Below, piece after piece: positions 26,824 to 41,121 of a stretch of DNA of 64,000 nucleotides. Position numbers and translations under genes: made by a program. The stretch is from Cirrosporium novae-zelandiae (lineage: Eukaryota). The notes below the pieces were generated by a model. The model worked only from the letters and a program-made list of their open reading frames with translations, was not told where the DNA came from and made no database searches. The stretch's first letter is position 1, and every line of letters starts with the position of its first letter. The DNA lies in assembly GCA_026023565.1 (NCBI GenBank), contig JAPETS010000002.1, positions 372,001-436,000 of the forward strand. The letters run 5' to 3'.

Positions 26824-29800
26824 CTATGTACAAAGTGGACAACTAAACTCCAGTTCCATTCCATGCACTTGCGCCACCCCGCTAGGAATATCTTCCCGCT
26901 TTCGACCTTCTTCTAGGCATTTTCGGTGGAACAAGTGTCTGCATGAGAGAACCACCAAAGGTCCAAGCTCTTCTTCGCCATCCTGGCTTCCTTGCCCCTC
27001 ACCCTGCGCATCCAGGGCCTGCTCTGCCCTACTATCCCGAATATGTCCTGAATCAGTCATGTCGGGAACTGCCCTTCCTTTTCCTCTTTCCCAACGATCT
27101 CCCTCGATGGCACTCCTCTTCTGCCATTTGAGTCGTCGCTGCTGTTCTCCTTGTTGGTTCTTTGCTTCCCATGCTTTCCATACCCTGATTCCGATGCCGG
27201 GACCCCACACTCGTTTTTTGCATGATTCGCAGACCTGCCCCAGCGGCCGCCAACCCCTCTGCCGGAGTTTTGTAGCTTCATCCACGTGAATGAACAAGTC
27301 TTTGTCCAACATGCTATTTGCAAGGGATAGTAGCGATTCCTCGTAAGCATACGCCGAGAATATGGCAGCAAGGACCGACCGAAGTTCGGAAAGCGACGGT
27401 GATGATACTGATGCTCTGGTAAGAAACGCCCGCAGAATCCGGAGGAATGAGAGATCAGGTCTTCCTGCAGATGAATTGCGCCCAGATGTGGTATGGTTAA
27501 GGAGCGCCGTGAATACCTGTTGAACAGATGTCCTCAGCGAGATGGCCAAATCAGGAATTGATTGCTCGGAAGAAAAAATTTGCTTGACGGGATCCCGGTT
27601 TATGGCAGCAGAGACGTTCTTGGCGATCCGGACTGTTACATCAATAAGGTCAAGCCACAAGGTCTCGTCTGCTGATAGTTGCTGCCCCAACGCCTTTGAG
27701 GTTTTCATAGCCATACTTGGAGATGCTGCGCTCCAGGTAGAAGTTTTACTCTGACCCCGACACAGCCAAACCCCAACCTTCACGTATTTCTGTAGACTTT
27801 CAAGAAGATCATTAACTGCCTCTCGGGTACTTGCAGCATCTGGACTTTTTGTGGCACTGTCCAGTAGCCCAGTCAATACGGCTTCCAGAGCAGATAGATG
27901 CTCAACCAGTCTGCTCATTGCATCCTGTACTTGACCTTGCCTTGCCAACAACACAACTGCTGCGTCCACTATACCGCTTGCCTCCATTGAAGGTAAAACT
28001 TCCTCGAGGCGCAAATCGCTAGACTTCAGAACTTCAATATATTCTGTGACATGTAATGGTGCACATTCACACATCAGACGAACGTACTGTTCAATAAAGT
28101 CCCGGTTAAGCTGTTGAGACGGGTTTCTAGTGTGCTCCGAGTCTCTTATGTCCGGTTCCAATATTGCTTGAAGATAGACAAATTGTGCACGTTGCCGACC
28201 ATCCAGGTCACGAAGAAAGTCTTCATGCAAAGCAGGCATATAGCTTTCGATAGATATTGCAGTTCGCTCAACATCAACTACAAGAAGCTCCGAGGCATGG
28301 CTTTTCAATACATCTCGGATTTCTCTTCGTTGTTTTTCTGTTGCTTGTGATTGGGGTCCTAGACATTCAGCGATACAATCGAATAGAGCATTTTCATTCT
28401 GATGGTCTGCAAAGCATGTCTGGATTAACTGGGTGTACTGTTTTTCCGCCCTATAAATTGACTTTAATACTCTGTAAAACCGAGCATCTCCGAATAACGG
28501 TATAAGACTCTGAAGATCTGGTGGATGATATAGAGAAAGTAGATATTCAACGCTGAGCTGGCAATCATCTGCAATATCTGGAGCAGCATAGTGGCACAGA
28601 CGCACCAGGACTTCATGTAAAGTTTTTCCTGGAAGGAGAATAAATTGAGGGAATTTCGGTAAGTTTCGAGCTATGAACATGTCGAGGTAGACAGTATCTT
28701 CCGGGCCATATTTTCCCGAGTGCATAACCTCAAGAAGTATGCGAATTATGTATTGACGATTCATGGACATTCCAGTATTTTGTACATCACCCCCACCGTG
28801 ATCTGGGCCTCCATTAGTCATCGAATCAGGAAGCCCGTTAAGAAAGCTGTCTTCAAATGCTTCATTCAACATGGAAAGGAAGCTCGGCGCGTCGAAGTTG
28901 AGAATCTCTCGCAGATGAGGAAAGTGTTGCGAGCGGGAATCAGATGCAGACGTTTTGCCTGAAAAAAGAAACGAATATAGGTCTGACTTGGCAATGTTTG
29001 CCTCCTGATCATCGAGCTGTTCTCCCGTTGGATATATTCGACCTGTGAAAATATAGGAGAGATATGGAAATATCTTGGAAGCATTTGTAATATCAAATCC
29101 TTTGGTGCTATTTCCGTTAACAACCACAGCCTGTTGTGATGCCAGTTTAATTAAATATTCCAGGGGGGTTATATAGTCATTGAGTGCTCTGTTCCAGACA
29201 TAGATGAAAGCATCGTATAATCTGTACCTTTTACAAAGTGTCGTGACTTGGTCGAGATCCATTGTCGAAGTGTCAAGACGACAGATGAGTTCTTCCAAAC
29301 GTCCTTCGGAGCCCTTCTTGGTATAGTGGGAAACAAGAGTCTTGAGAACAGCTGGTGGTACAGACCTAATCTCGTAATCGAGAATGTAGGGCTCGAGAAC
29401 TTCCAGGAAGATACCTTCGGTTTCGTTCTCCTCAAACCATGAGTAAACATCTTCGAAGAGAAAGTCCATATCATCAATGCTGATACAAGCGGCAAAGCAA
29501 ACCCTTGCCAGGTCCTTCAGCTTTTCCTCGGAGCCTTGCATTTCCTCGCGTTTTTGTTCCGTCATGAATGCATACTTGAGAGATGCAGACATCATCTCCA
29601 CCAACTTATCCCTGACAATCGCATGTCTTGATGCATCATCTTCGGGCAGACCAACCGTCTGTTTCTCTGCTTCTCCTCTATAATATATAGTAGCCAGTCC
29701 AATGGCTCCAATATAATCACCAGCCTCCATGAGAGCTACCAATCGATCTGCCCAATTGGATAAGGTACCAATGGCCATATCATTAAACCCCAACAAGAAC

Positions 29801-31660
29801 ATCCGACCTTTGTATGCACGGAAGCTCATATGGAAAGCATCAGCGACAACTCCATGCATGGATGGGTCTTCTTCGTCCAACTGTTCCACCAATTGATTTA
29901 ACTGCGCTGAAAAAAGGTCCGTATGAAATATATGCCTCTGAAGTAGGTCAAAAGACCCTGTTACATTCATAGACGAATCTTCTATGATGAGTAGTCGCTG
30001 AGTGAGCGTAAGAATACCAAGTACAGTTCTGCCAAGCCACTGGATCGCGACAATAGCTTCATCTGCTTTCCATCGTCTGCGTGCATTGAACTGAAGGACT
30101 GGGGGCTTATCTCGACCCCCTTCTATTGAAGGCTCCTCTTCGGTAACTTCCAAGATGGTCAATATATTTGACCAGGAGTAAGCCAATTTCGTTCTCGATA
30201 CTGACCCTGCAGCATTGGGATCCTTGACCTTTAATTTGACAGCTGGAAACCACGCCAATGCAGCACACATGGTGCCGTGAAGGGATGCTAATTCTTTCGG
30301 TCTTGATACCTTATGTTGAGTCTGTGCAATAGGGGTTGTAGACACTATAACCAAGAGATATGGAGTCAGCATAGCCACAAGACCCATATCGTCAGTGACT
30401 TGCTCGGCATTTCCAAGAGGCAGTGGGGCGAATGCTAAGACACTGCTTGGTTTTGGTTTTCGTGGTTGAGGGAGGGGTACCATATTCTCCGGATAACGGC
30501 CAAGAATTCGTGTTGTTTTTACAATACGAGCCACGGCACCCATGCCTCGAGTCGCGAGATGGGAAAATGCCATTCCACGTTCATCTGCGGACACCAAAGC
30601 AGTATGTCTTGTTCCGAGGAAACCAACATGAAGGACCGCCGAGCCGGGAACATGGCCGTCGAAATGGCTGAGAGAAGGCTGTCGCCTATCGATAGAAGGG
30701 ATTTGGAGAAACGGATTGGAGGGCCGGGCGATTTCCCAAGTGTAGATGCTACCGTCATTGTGACCCGCGGCTATTGTTGTATGGTCCGCCGATATAGCTA
30801 GAGCAGAGACAGGACCAGATTCGACGGCTATAAAATAATCAGTAAACTACATACATTGACACTGATAAACATACCCTTGGTCCCCTGTCCTATTACGGCC
30901 CTTAAACTTTGGTGATAGTCAAATATCAAGACTAATCCTTTAGATGTCCCAATTGCAATTAAAGATGACACAGCCAAAAAGGTTGCTCTCCCGAAATTAC
31001 GCTTTCCAAGCTCTGAAAATACCTGGCCTGTAATCTTCCGTAGTTTTGTCCATCTTATAATTTCCCACGGTGGCTCCGATGATTCATCACCGTCTATACT
31101 GAGCGGTAATTGACTGGCGAGGGATGACTGGCGAGAATGGCTGTTAAGAAAGGCTGGCGAAAGGAGTCTAGGAGAGGAAGCTGGAGAAGGAGATAGCCGT
31201 GCTTGAAACCTTCGATCAAAGGGGCGGAGAGAGGGGCTAGGACTATGGATGGGAGCGGAAGCTTGAGATATCAGTGCGCTGCTAGGACGGGAAGATGCTG
31301 CTGAGCCCTGAAAATGGTCAGCTATTCGTCTTGTTGGTGAGAAACAGCACCAACCCGGATGGAAGGAGTATCATCAGGTATAGATGGAGAGTCTTCTACA
31401 CTTGTGTCAAGTAACCCCGGAGAACCAAGTGCTTTGTCCTTTTGGACGAACGAGGAATCCCTGCTGCATTCATGGCGTATGATAGAGCTAGCTTCCCCAT
31501 CTTCTGCATCACGCTCTCCACCTCCAACGACTGTGTCTTCTTCTATATCGTCTATTATCGGCACATCCTCAATAGTTTCATATCCACCATCGTCTTCCAT
31601 GCCGATGTCTGCCACATCATCTGCTTCATGACTTTCCCTCTCCTCATTTGGGGCGCTCAT
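26824..31660 (-). CDS. VPS8: CORVET subunit Vps8 (WD region, clathrin-like repeats, C-terminal RING); two 5' introns
   Basis: PPWEIIRWTKLRKI, LVSADERGMAFSH, LSNWADRL, C-terminal CESC...CRHLFHRKC...CPLC. Confidence 0.92.
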
Positions 31661-32066
31661 CGAGGTAACCTTGACATTCGCATCTCGGGGTATAACCCAA
31701 GCTGAAGCTGGAGAAGATATAGCAACCGAGGAACGAGTAGACAACGGGAGAAGGCCAATGGTTCGACGCCTTCAATAAGTACCCTACTCGATAATAATTC
31801 TAGTTCGTTTGTAGGAGATATTTGGACGAGCTAATATCCTCCCTTGGATACGGGTCGTACGTTAATAGCTGATATCGAGATAGACTAAATTGCAATGTAT
31901 AAAAATTGTTCGAGCCTCCGTATGTAATCAACCAAATGAAGTGAAATTGTTTTGTGTAGCTTCAGCCCTGCTGTAGTACCGTCGGTCGCCGCCAAGCTTC
32001 ACGGTGGAAGTTGACTCGGGGATAAAGGGAGGGCTACCACCGACGACAAGCTTTCCCTCAACCATA

Positions 32067-34569
32067 ATGTCGACAATCGAAGAACGAAGAGATTCCATAG
32101 GTTCTGAAGATTCTGCTACAGAATTAGTTAGTCAAGTAAGTAATATTCAGACTAATCCTCAATCTTGTTACTAATGCGCGCTGCTAGGGATGTTATATTT
32201 TCACCCCGAAAGCTCATGAAGGCGCCCGTCCTGCGAAGCGCCGCAAAGTAGCGAAAGCTCCAAAATCGCAAGGCCAGCAAGATTCAGCCTTTCCGCCATT
32301 GCTACGTGGTGCCGAGAAGGAGGATATATCTGCTCTTCGCTATCAAATATTTCAGAAAGAGTGGTCAACACAAGAAGCGCGCATCAAAGTATTTACAATC
32401 CTACGGTCTTTATGATCTACAGAGGTACTCACCTTGTTCAGGGTCTCTTGGAGCTAGGAAATACAACTGCATTAAAGGAAATTTTGGAATTTATTCACGG
32501 GTCTTCTCCATATTCGTTAGTTATTCTGGTCATTATGTGAAGAGGTAAATACTCATATCAACTAGGGACAATGGCAAGATACCCACAGGCTTGGTTGCTG
32601 CAGGGCCTAGTATTTCGACACATCAAAGACTATTCGAGCAAATAGCTGGTGAAATAAGAGCAGAATATAAATGTCCAATTGCGCAGATTGAATCTGCCCA
32701 GTGCACAAATATCAAAAATGTTTTGAAGCATATTATTCGGCAGACAACAAACTACAACCAGGAATTTGGGGAGGATGATGAAGTCGATGCGCTCATCAAG
32801 GGCTCTAGCTTTCTGAATTATGATCTTGAGATATTAAAGGTTTTTGTTTCCCAGCATCAGCATGACAGGGTCATCATTATATTTCGAGACAGCGAATCAA
32901 TTGATGCTGGGCTTGTGGCGGACCTGATCTCGCTTTTTAGGTGAGTTATGTTACTTGACCTACCAGCGATGCTATACTAATCCATAAAGCTCCTGGCTGG
33001 ATCGTATACCGTTTGTTCTCCTTTTTGGCATTGCAACATCTATAGATTTATTCCACGAAAAGCTCCTCCGTTCAACTATCCGGCAGATGGAAGGCAGAGC
33101 ATTCGAGGTCGAAAGTGCGGAGAAGGCATTGAATTCTATTTTCATCGCCACCATCCGTCAGGAATTATCTGGCCGCATGTGGCTTGGACCGGGTCTATCT
33201 AACATGCTACTGGAGAGGCAAAGGGACCATCTCCAAAGTCCCCAGGCATTTACTCGTTCAATCCAGGTTTGAGACCAACGACATACGCTCTTTATTTTTT
33301 CGCTAACTATCTTTAGTATGCCTATCTAACCCACTTCTTCGCCAATCCGTTTAGTATCTTAATATCAGAGGAGACACCCCCCGCGCTTCTTTCCCGTGAA
33401 CATTGCGAGGCTATCCGCAATCTTTCTTCGTTCAGACAGTATGTTCAAGTCAATCTCTTACATCTCATTAATAGTTGCTAAAAACGTGCAAGGTTCGTCA
33501 AGGAACAGCTCGACATCAAAAATGTCAAATTAGTTCGATCTCTATTAAATGACGATGAAGCACTTGCCAAAGAAGCTGTAACCCACATCAGCATCGGACA
33601 GAAAGCCATCAACGACTTGCTACGAACAGTCGACCTGATAATAGACATCCGTTCCCGAATGCAACCCGCAGAAAATGATGACACAGCCTTGTACATCAAA
33701 GCCCTCTCAGGCGAACTGGCAGACTCTCCATCAATCCGAGAACTCATGCTCTCATTAAAACGCATAGAATCGGACACCTTCTCTACCCTCCTAACGAATC
33801 TACCACCCACTCTCCTCTCGGATTCTACCATCTCCCAGATCCAAAACGACCTCACCACCCTCCTCGAATCCACCCCCTCCACCAAAGAAGCACGCCCCCT
33901 CCGAACTGAACAGTCCGCCCACCACTCCACCGTAACCACAACGCTCATAAACCACAAAATCTCCCTGACCAAAGCCCCCTCTACCCTCACCAAACAAGAC
34001 ACCCTCTACTCCTCGATTCTCACACGTTTCACTACCTTCTTCACCACACACCTCTCACACACCTTGATAAAGCCCCGCACCCTCTTCATGAACGAAGCCT
34101 TCCTCTACGACGCCAAATCCCCGCACCGCGACGTCTTCACCCCGAAACCCCGCTTCGCCATCGAACGCGCTCTCTCGGCCCCACACGACTATCTCAACTG
34201 CGATTGCTGCGATGGCGGTGACGGGAATTTAAGCCCCACGCAGCCCGCCACGGCGATTCTATATCAACTTTATCTGGAGACCGGAGCGCTAATTAATGTT
34301 TTTGATTTGTGGTCGGCGTTTTATGCCATTATTGGGGGAGAGGATGGGGAGGAATGTGAGGAGCAGCTGGCCTTGTGAGTTCCTTTTAATTACATTACCC
34401 CCATATTCAATCATCAATCCATCCATGAATCATAACCCCACACTAACACCCAACCTCCTCCAGGGCATTATTCTACAGATCCCTAGCCGAGCTAAAATAC
34501 CTAGGAATGCTAAAACAAACCCGAAGGAAAACAGATCATATTGCAAAGCTAGCTTGGAAGGGGTTATAG
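32067..34569 (+). CDS. ORC3: Origin recognition complex subunit 3; multi-exon
   Basis: GCYIF, KIPTGLV, LNYDLEIL, SSWLDRIPFVLLFGIATS, YAYLTHFFANPFS, IERALSAPHDYL, ALFYRSLAELKYLG..K..DHIAKLAWKGL*. Confidence 0.93.
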
Positions 34570-35270
34570 ATACACAGATACCTACGTACGTACTGTGCTG
34601 TACATAATACATAACAATACCTAATCATTGGATGTACTAAGCGTTTTCCTTGCCTTTTTTTTAGAAATGTAATCTTTTATTATGGTAAATAATGATTAAT
34701 GATGATGATGTGTGTTTGTTTATTTGTTTGTTTTTTCGATAATCTAACCGTTTTATCTATCAGCCACAATCGATCCTTGCGATAGACCAAATAAATCGTT
34801 AGAAACCAGATCTAGCGTAGTATAAAATATTGATACGTAACTTGTAGCCAAGTTTCAGGGAAGACTTTTTACGTAGAACAAAATATCAAATTAACCATTT
34901 TATAAAAAAACCTTGCTTAATTACATATATATATTTGGTTTTTAATTTTTTAATTTTCTAGGTTTTTTTTTTTTTAATTTTTTATATGTAGTAGTGAACG
35001 TATAATAAATTAATTCTGTATCGTAGACTGGAAACGAAAAAAACGAGCTGAGCCCCTAGGCGTCCGTAGAGGATGTCCAGAACAATAGCAAATAGCAATA
35101 GCAATAGCAATACTCCTTAATCCCTATTCCCATTCTCTGTCTTGTGCCCTTCCTCTCCCCTTCCCCCCAGGGGCCAGGGCCCTTTTATTTATCATATAAA
35201 TCCATAACCATTACAAAATATCTAACCCCCCCCCCCCCACTATCCACAAATCTCCCCTGTAATATAAACT

Positions 35271-35470
35271 AGATCCGGCACACGCTTATTGTGGCCGACG
35301 ATTTTTAATCCGGCTGACAAGATCTGCTAGAGCCTCAACATACTCAGGGTAATCATCTCTGCGAATAACACCATGAACTGGTCTAGTTGGTGGTATTTGT
35401 CATTCGTACTTATTACGGTAGATGTGAAGAGACATCGCATCGTAAGGATCTGTGCAGCGTACATATCTCT
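35271..35470 (-). ncRNA. Candidate structured ncRNA (three tandem hairpins)
   Basis: Hairpins 35429-35469, 35362-35406 and 35271-35325 pair better (G-U) on the minus strand; balanced-composition island amid low-complexity DNA. Confidence 0.3.
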
Positions 35471-36707
35471 CAGCCTTAAAACGCAGCCTCCCCTACCTAC
35501 AGAAAAGTTTATAGGTTCGTTCTTTTTTTTTTTGCTTTTCCCGTGATGCTTCTGGTTGGTTAGTGACTAGGTCGGGACCTTCATCTTCAACTTCAACTTC
35601 AACGTTTACCTATTGGAGCACGGAGCACCTCCTAGTGGTTGATTGTTGATAGGGTTATTGCAGGGGTAGGGGCATGGTAACGGCATGGTATGGTCTTACT
35701 ACTTTACTATACTGTAGGCTATGGGGTATGGGGTATGGAAAGAAGGAAGGTGTTGAAAGATTGGGGGATTGAGTAGGTAGGTGAATAGATAATAATGGTA
35801 GTGGTGGTAGTGGGATTGGATTAGATAAAAATAATGGAAGGGGGATGGAGACGGAGATGGAGATGGAGGATGGGGGTAATCATATCCATTCATATCATTC
35901 ATTCACTCATTCATTCACTCACTCACTCACTCACTCACTCACGTACCTACTGTTACGGCGCACCTAAGTTATATATATTCCAACACCGAGTGTATCCCCC
36001 GTCCTTTTTAGCTTAGTTAGGTAAGAGTGTTAGCTTACCTTCTTTTAACACACACACCCATTCATTTACTGCCAGGATATCCGTCCATCACAAACTGCAT
36101 TCTTAACTCTCCCCCTAAAAACCCGAACACATGTATCTATAATCCCAACTACGATTACCAAAAGGCAAAAAAGCTCACGAACAATCCAAATAAATCCCTT
36201 ACAGAATATAACAACAACAATCTAAGAATAAAATAAATAAATACATTAATGTGTTAAGGCATTATATAGCTAGCTATCAAGCATATATACCATATGTCGA
36301 CTTGTCTTGTCTTGTGTTTGTCTTGTTTGTCTGTCTGTTTCTTTCTTGAGGTCGTTTCAAGCCATAGATAATTTGAATGCATGTTATGTATGTTATTCGT
36401 TGTTGTTGTTGCTGCCCTCTCTTGATCGGTAAATGATGATGATAAATGATCAAACCCACAACCCCTAAGCACCCACACCCCCACAAATCCATCCATCCAT
36501 CCATGCTATAAAAGCTTGGGGCAAAAAAAAAAAAACAATGAAGCTAATCCAGTCGATCGCGTAGGTATACAATTTCAAAGCAACAGAAGGCCCTAGCCCC
36601 TCCCACGTTCAAAAAAATTTGACAAAAGACGTCTAACCATCACCACTAATAACAACAAAATCCAACATCATATATAATTTCTTCCAACGAAATACAACGA
36701 GGTCTGT

Positions 36708-38336
36708 TTAACCCTCGAAAAGATCAGCACAACCCCAGCTCTGCTCGACGCCAAAATCACCAGAGTCCTTCCAGAGATCATCCTCAAAAGAAAAGAAAGC
36801 GCATTTGCCACCAGCCTTTTCCTTAATACTTGCAATGGCAATGGCCTGTTCTTCGACACCTGGAACGGCAGCGCCGTTAGCTTCACCTGCGTGGGGCCAG
36901 CCGGTTTCAACATTGTAACCGGTGAGACCCTCACACATGGATTCGATGTATTCGAGTTGTTCAAGGACGAAGTCGCCGGCACCGGAAGCTTCGCAGTTGG
37001 AGTTGAAGAAGGGGTGGATGTTTGCGGTGACAACGTCGATGACGGAGCAGAGGACGTCTTTGTTTTCGGAGAGCATGTCGACGGTTTCGGTGGTGGTGAA
37101 GTAGCCAGAGTAGCCGGCGGCGGTGAGGGTGGAGCGAGTGCTGGTGATGAAGGCGGCGAGTTCGCTGGCGCTGCAGTAGTTGTTGTATAGGGCTTCGTTG
37201 CCGACAATGACCATTTCGACGAGGTCCCACTGGGCCCACGTGAGGAGGGCGGTGATTTGGTCGCTGCAGCCGCTGATCCCTGAAGTGCTGATGTAGATGC
37301 CTACGATGAGTTTGAGACCAACGGAGCGGGCAGCGGATCCGATGTTGTCGAGGCCAGAGCAGTCGGTGCCGTAGAGACGGACGGAGGTGAAGCCCTTTGC
37401 TGCGATGGCGGCGATGTCAACGGCAACGGAGTCTGCGTCTTTGCAGCTATGGTCGTTGTTGTATGGGGTGTATGTCATGGCCCATTGAGAACCGCCGCTG
37501 GGGATGGTGGCGGAGGTGCCAGAGCTGGTGGCTTTGGCGGATGCCGAGCTGCTTGAGGGTGCGACGTATGAAGAAGTTGCAGCGCTGGAGGGAGCAACGT
37601 ATGAAGAAACTGCAGCGCTGGAGGTAGCAACTGGGGCTACATAGGTGGATGTTGCAGCAGCCATGGTAGTTGCAGGAACCATCGAGGTCGAAGCGCCCAT
37701 GGAGGAGAATGGACAATAGTAAACATATGAAGTTACGTCGACAGTCACGGTCTGTTCGGGAGCAGTGTATGTGCCTGGAGCATATGTCATGGTCGTCGAG
37801 GCACCGCATACAGTCGTTGAGGAGTAAATAGTGATCGTCGTGGCTGGCATGGTGTATGTACCAGGGGTGGGTATCACGGTTTGGAAAACGGTTTGAACGG
37901 TGACGCTAGGAACAGCAGCGCTGGAAGTGGCCATGCTGGAAGCACCAGCACTGGCGACACTGGAGGCAGGGGTGACTGCAGCGACTGTCACAGTGGTATA
38001 AGTTGTACCAACTTGCATCAGCGTTGAGGTAGAGACGGACATGGGGGTGGAGGTAGAGGCAGGTTGAATCACTGAACGCGGGTATATTAGTATTTCTTGC
38101 CCGTATTTCTCGTCGCATTTCAGTCGCATCAGTTACTTACATGTTCCCTCTCCCCAGTAAGTTGTCACGTAAGTTGAGCATCCACAAGTCTGGTTAAGGC
38201 TAGGCATGCCGGTGCCCATTGGCATAGGAGCAGTCCGCTTCTTCATATGAAAAGCATCATGTCTCTCATGAAGAGCGCTTGCGGAAACTGCGCTGAGCAG
38301 CGCTGAAGCTGCGACAGCCAAGAAAGTACCTTTCAT
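36708..38336 (-). CDS. Secreted GH17 cell-wall glucanase/transglycosylase (Scw11/BtgE type); intron about 38073-38140
   Basis: Signal peptide, Thr/Ser-rich stalk, WAMTYTPY, VRLYGTDC, VGNEA, NIHPFF, ETGWP. Confidence 0.9.
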
Positions 38337-39007
38337 TGTTGCGATTGTTGATAATTAAGTGTATAGAATGAGTGTATATATTATAGCACTCCGCAAAGAA
38401 TGCCCGCTGAAAGAGTGAAGCGGTCAATGAGGAGGAGATGTAAAGAAGGACGTCAAGCCTGGTATGCAACAAGAGATATTGTGAAGAAAGAGAAAAGAGA
38501 GAACATAGCAATGGGGTTTGATGGCTAGATGAAGGGCCACCGTCGGCAAGCCCCTGACTGGTTAGGAAAGCCATTGCAAGGAAGTGACAAGGGAAAAAGA
38601 AGCTACGGTCAGCTACTGCAGGAACCAAGAGGCGGATATTTAGAAAACTTAGGTCCTAACCCAAAAAATAGGTGTACTGCAGGGAAACGTAGGTGGTGAC
38701 TCGGGCCGGTAATTGGACGATACGAAGGAGATAGAGTGATAATCATCCACTCATCATCACCATGGGATCATTTAGGCCTTGGAGAAAGACTTTTAGCATA
38801 ATTTGTTTTAGCTCCATGAACGGACAGTCCCTCGGTCATGGCCTTAACCATCTTTGAAAGGGTATTGGCATAGTAGATAATAGGTAATAGGGCTGTCATG
38901 ATATCAATCTCAACGCCCATGCAGTGGATTTAGTAACTGTTGGCAACACGAGGGATCATCATCGGGAATTTTCCAGTGCCATTTCCTCTTTCGTCAACGT
39001 TACTTTG

Positions 39008-39060
39008 TGGTAGTCCACTGGTAGTCCACTGGTAGTCCACTGGTAGTCCACTGGGTAGTC
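39008..39060. repeat. Tandem 11-mer (TGGTAGTCCAC)n, 4+ copies
   Basis: Directly visible upstream of the GH17 gene. Confidence 0.9.
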
Positions 39061-40138
39061 GCTCTGCTGGCAGCACTTGGCGTCACGGCGGTTGTTCATC
39101 TAATTTCCCTGGTCAAGTTTAGCCTGGCGCCTTGGGGGGGAATGGGGAAGAAATGAGGGAGTGGAATTGAAAATAATGTAAATCCTTAACCATCCAACTA
39201 AGCTTGTTGCACAGGGCCATCTTTAATTCATCCCACCTGATTGAATCGCATATAATTGCTTTGTTAGATACTGTGTGCCTTAATAAACAGAGACAATCAA
39301 TATTTCGCAATTATGATAAGTATAACCTTCTCGGTACTTGACTGACTGCCTGGCGAGGTGAGATTTGATGGTTGTGAGAGGGGGGGAGGAGGGGCGCCTA
39401 AGGGTGTGTTCGTTCGGGGGACCAAAGGGCCAAGACCGCCAAGTTGACCGCCACACTTTAGCCACAACTGCTAGTCAAGAATTTGCTTCAAGTTTAGTCT
39501 TGGAGTCTTGGAACTTGCTTGGAATTTCTTGGACTTTTGCTCTTGGCCGTCCGCCTGATTCCTCTCACCCCTCTCTCTTGACCCTCTTGACCCCCCCCCC
39601 TCCTTCTTCTTCGTATCTTTTCCTTTGCTCCAAACTTCCACACCAACACCAATCACTCTCTTAGGCTATACCGGTCGAAAACCCTAACAAGATTGACAAG
39701 ATTGAACCATATCAACACCCGTCTACAGATACTCATTAAAATATTCTAGAAAGATCAACAACGCTACATACACGTTGTTTCTTAGTTATTCTCTCACTTG
39801 CCTTAAAATAAGGGGTCCTTGATGTCGTATTCGCCAAAGACCCCAAAGCAAATGATAATTTATATTTGAGTCGATCAATGACCCACAGCATTTTCATTTC
39901 ATAAGAAAATCATGTAAAAACACCAGTCTGCTGGTCCCATCCTCCAACACTGGCTTCAGAGGCTCAGACTCAGAGAGTTCAACCCCATCCCAAGTATCAT
40001 CCTATGAGCGTATGCCAATTTCCACACCTGCAACCATCACCTATGACCCGATGCAGATATGCCGCAGACCACATAGAAGTAAATCTGATGGTCCTAATAG
40101 TACCCTCCCACCATCAAGATTCGTAAGAAGCTGCGCCT

Positions 40139-41121
40139 TTAGAGGAACTTGGTTGCGATACTCATCAGCCCTCCCATACCACTACCACCGCTCGAAGATC
40201 CTCCCTGACTTTTCATGTACATTTTGAGAGCCATTTCCGCCGCCGAGTTGATAGCACTTTGCTTGCTAGCACTTGGAGACTATGGTTGAATATATCCATC
40301 AGCAATGGCTCCCATTTCAACAAAAAAGAGGGTATCATCCTGAAGAGATGCACTCACCACCTTGCCTTGACTACTTTGCTCATCGAACAACTTGCTCGCC
40401 TGTGCCATGGCCATTCCAATAAACTCCTGTTTGCTGCTTCCGCTGCTCTTCCCTCCGCTAAACATCTTCAACGCCTGCATCGCGGCCCCCATTCCCATCG
40501 TCTGGCTTGAGTGCTGCTGTCCTTCACTTCCATCACTCCCATATAACTTTTTATGCGCATTTACAGCTTCCCCTTCGTCAATATCATCATTCCCCCCAGA
40601 CTGCTTGTTCTTGAGGAAACTTAACGCTTGACTAAAGAGGCTGGAGTCACCACTGGAACCGATATGACGTTCAGCGTGCTCCATGGCGCCATCGATATCA
40701 TCGTTTCCACCGTAGTTACCACCAGCATGACCAGACTGCTGATGATCACGAACGGGGTTGCTTCCCTCAAAGTTGGAGGACGAAGTATAATAATTGTCTG
40801 TCTCGAAAAGAAGTACCAAATTGGTTAGCCTTCTAAAATTTTGAAACCCCAGAAGCAAAGCAAACATGTAAGATCAGACATACCCTCCCCCCTTCCTCCA
40901 CCACCATACTCCCTCGGATCAACCTGCCCATGCTCCTGTCGTTGTTGTTCCCCACCCGCATACCTCCCCTCGCCGGCATCCCCACCCAATCCACCCTGCG
41001 GACCTCCAAGTCCCCCTCCAACCCCATATCCACCCTGAGCCCCGAATCCCTCACCAGGACGACCCGCGTATTGGTCCCCGCGACGTGCGTTGTCGTCGTA
41101 CGAATCGTTATAGCCCGACAT
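40139..41121 (-). CDS. Gly-rich helical protein of the 'beta-flanking'-like (DUF7721) family; two introns
   Basis: HA..H.GSSGDSSLFSQAL, GAAMQALKMF, FIGMAMAQASKLFD, KQSAINSAAEMALKMY, GGLMSIATKFL*. Confidence 0.7.

Noticed and set aside
35200..35520. Spliceosomal snRNA, U3, SRP or telomerase RNA
   Set aside because: No diagnostic motifs found (U1 5' ACUUACC, U2 GUAGUA, U6 ACAGAGA box, telomere template); kept only as an unnamed ncRNA candidate
40139..41121. Mating-type locus suggested by beta-flanking-like gene
   Set aside because: That linkage is an Agaricomycete feature; no MAT alpha-box/HMG, APN2 or SLA2 genes here
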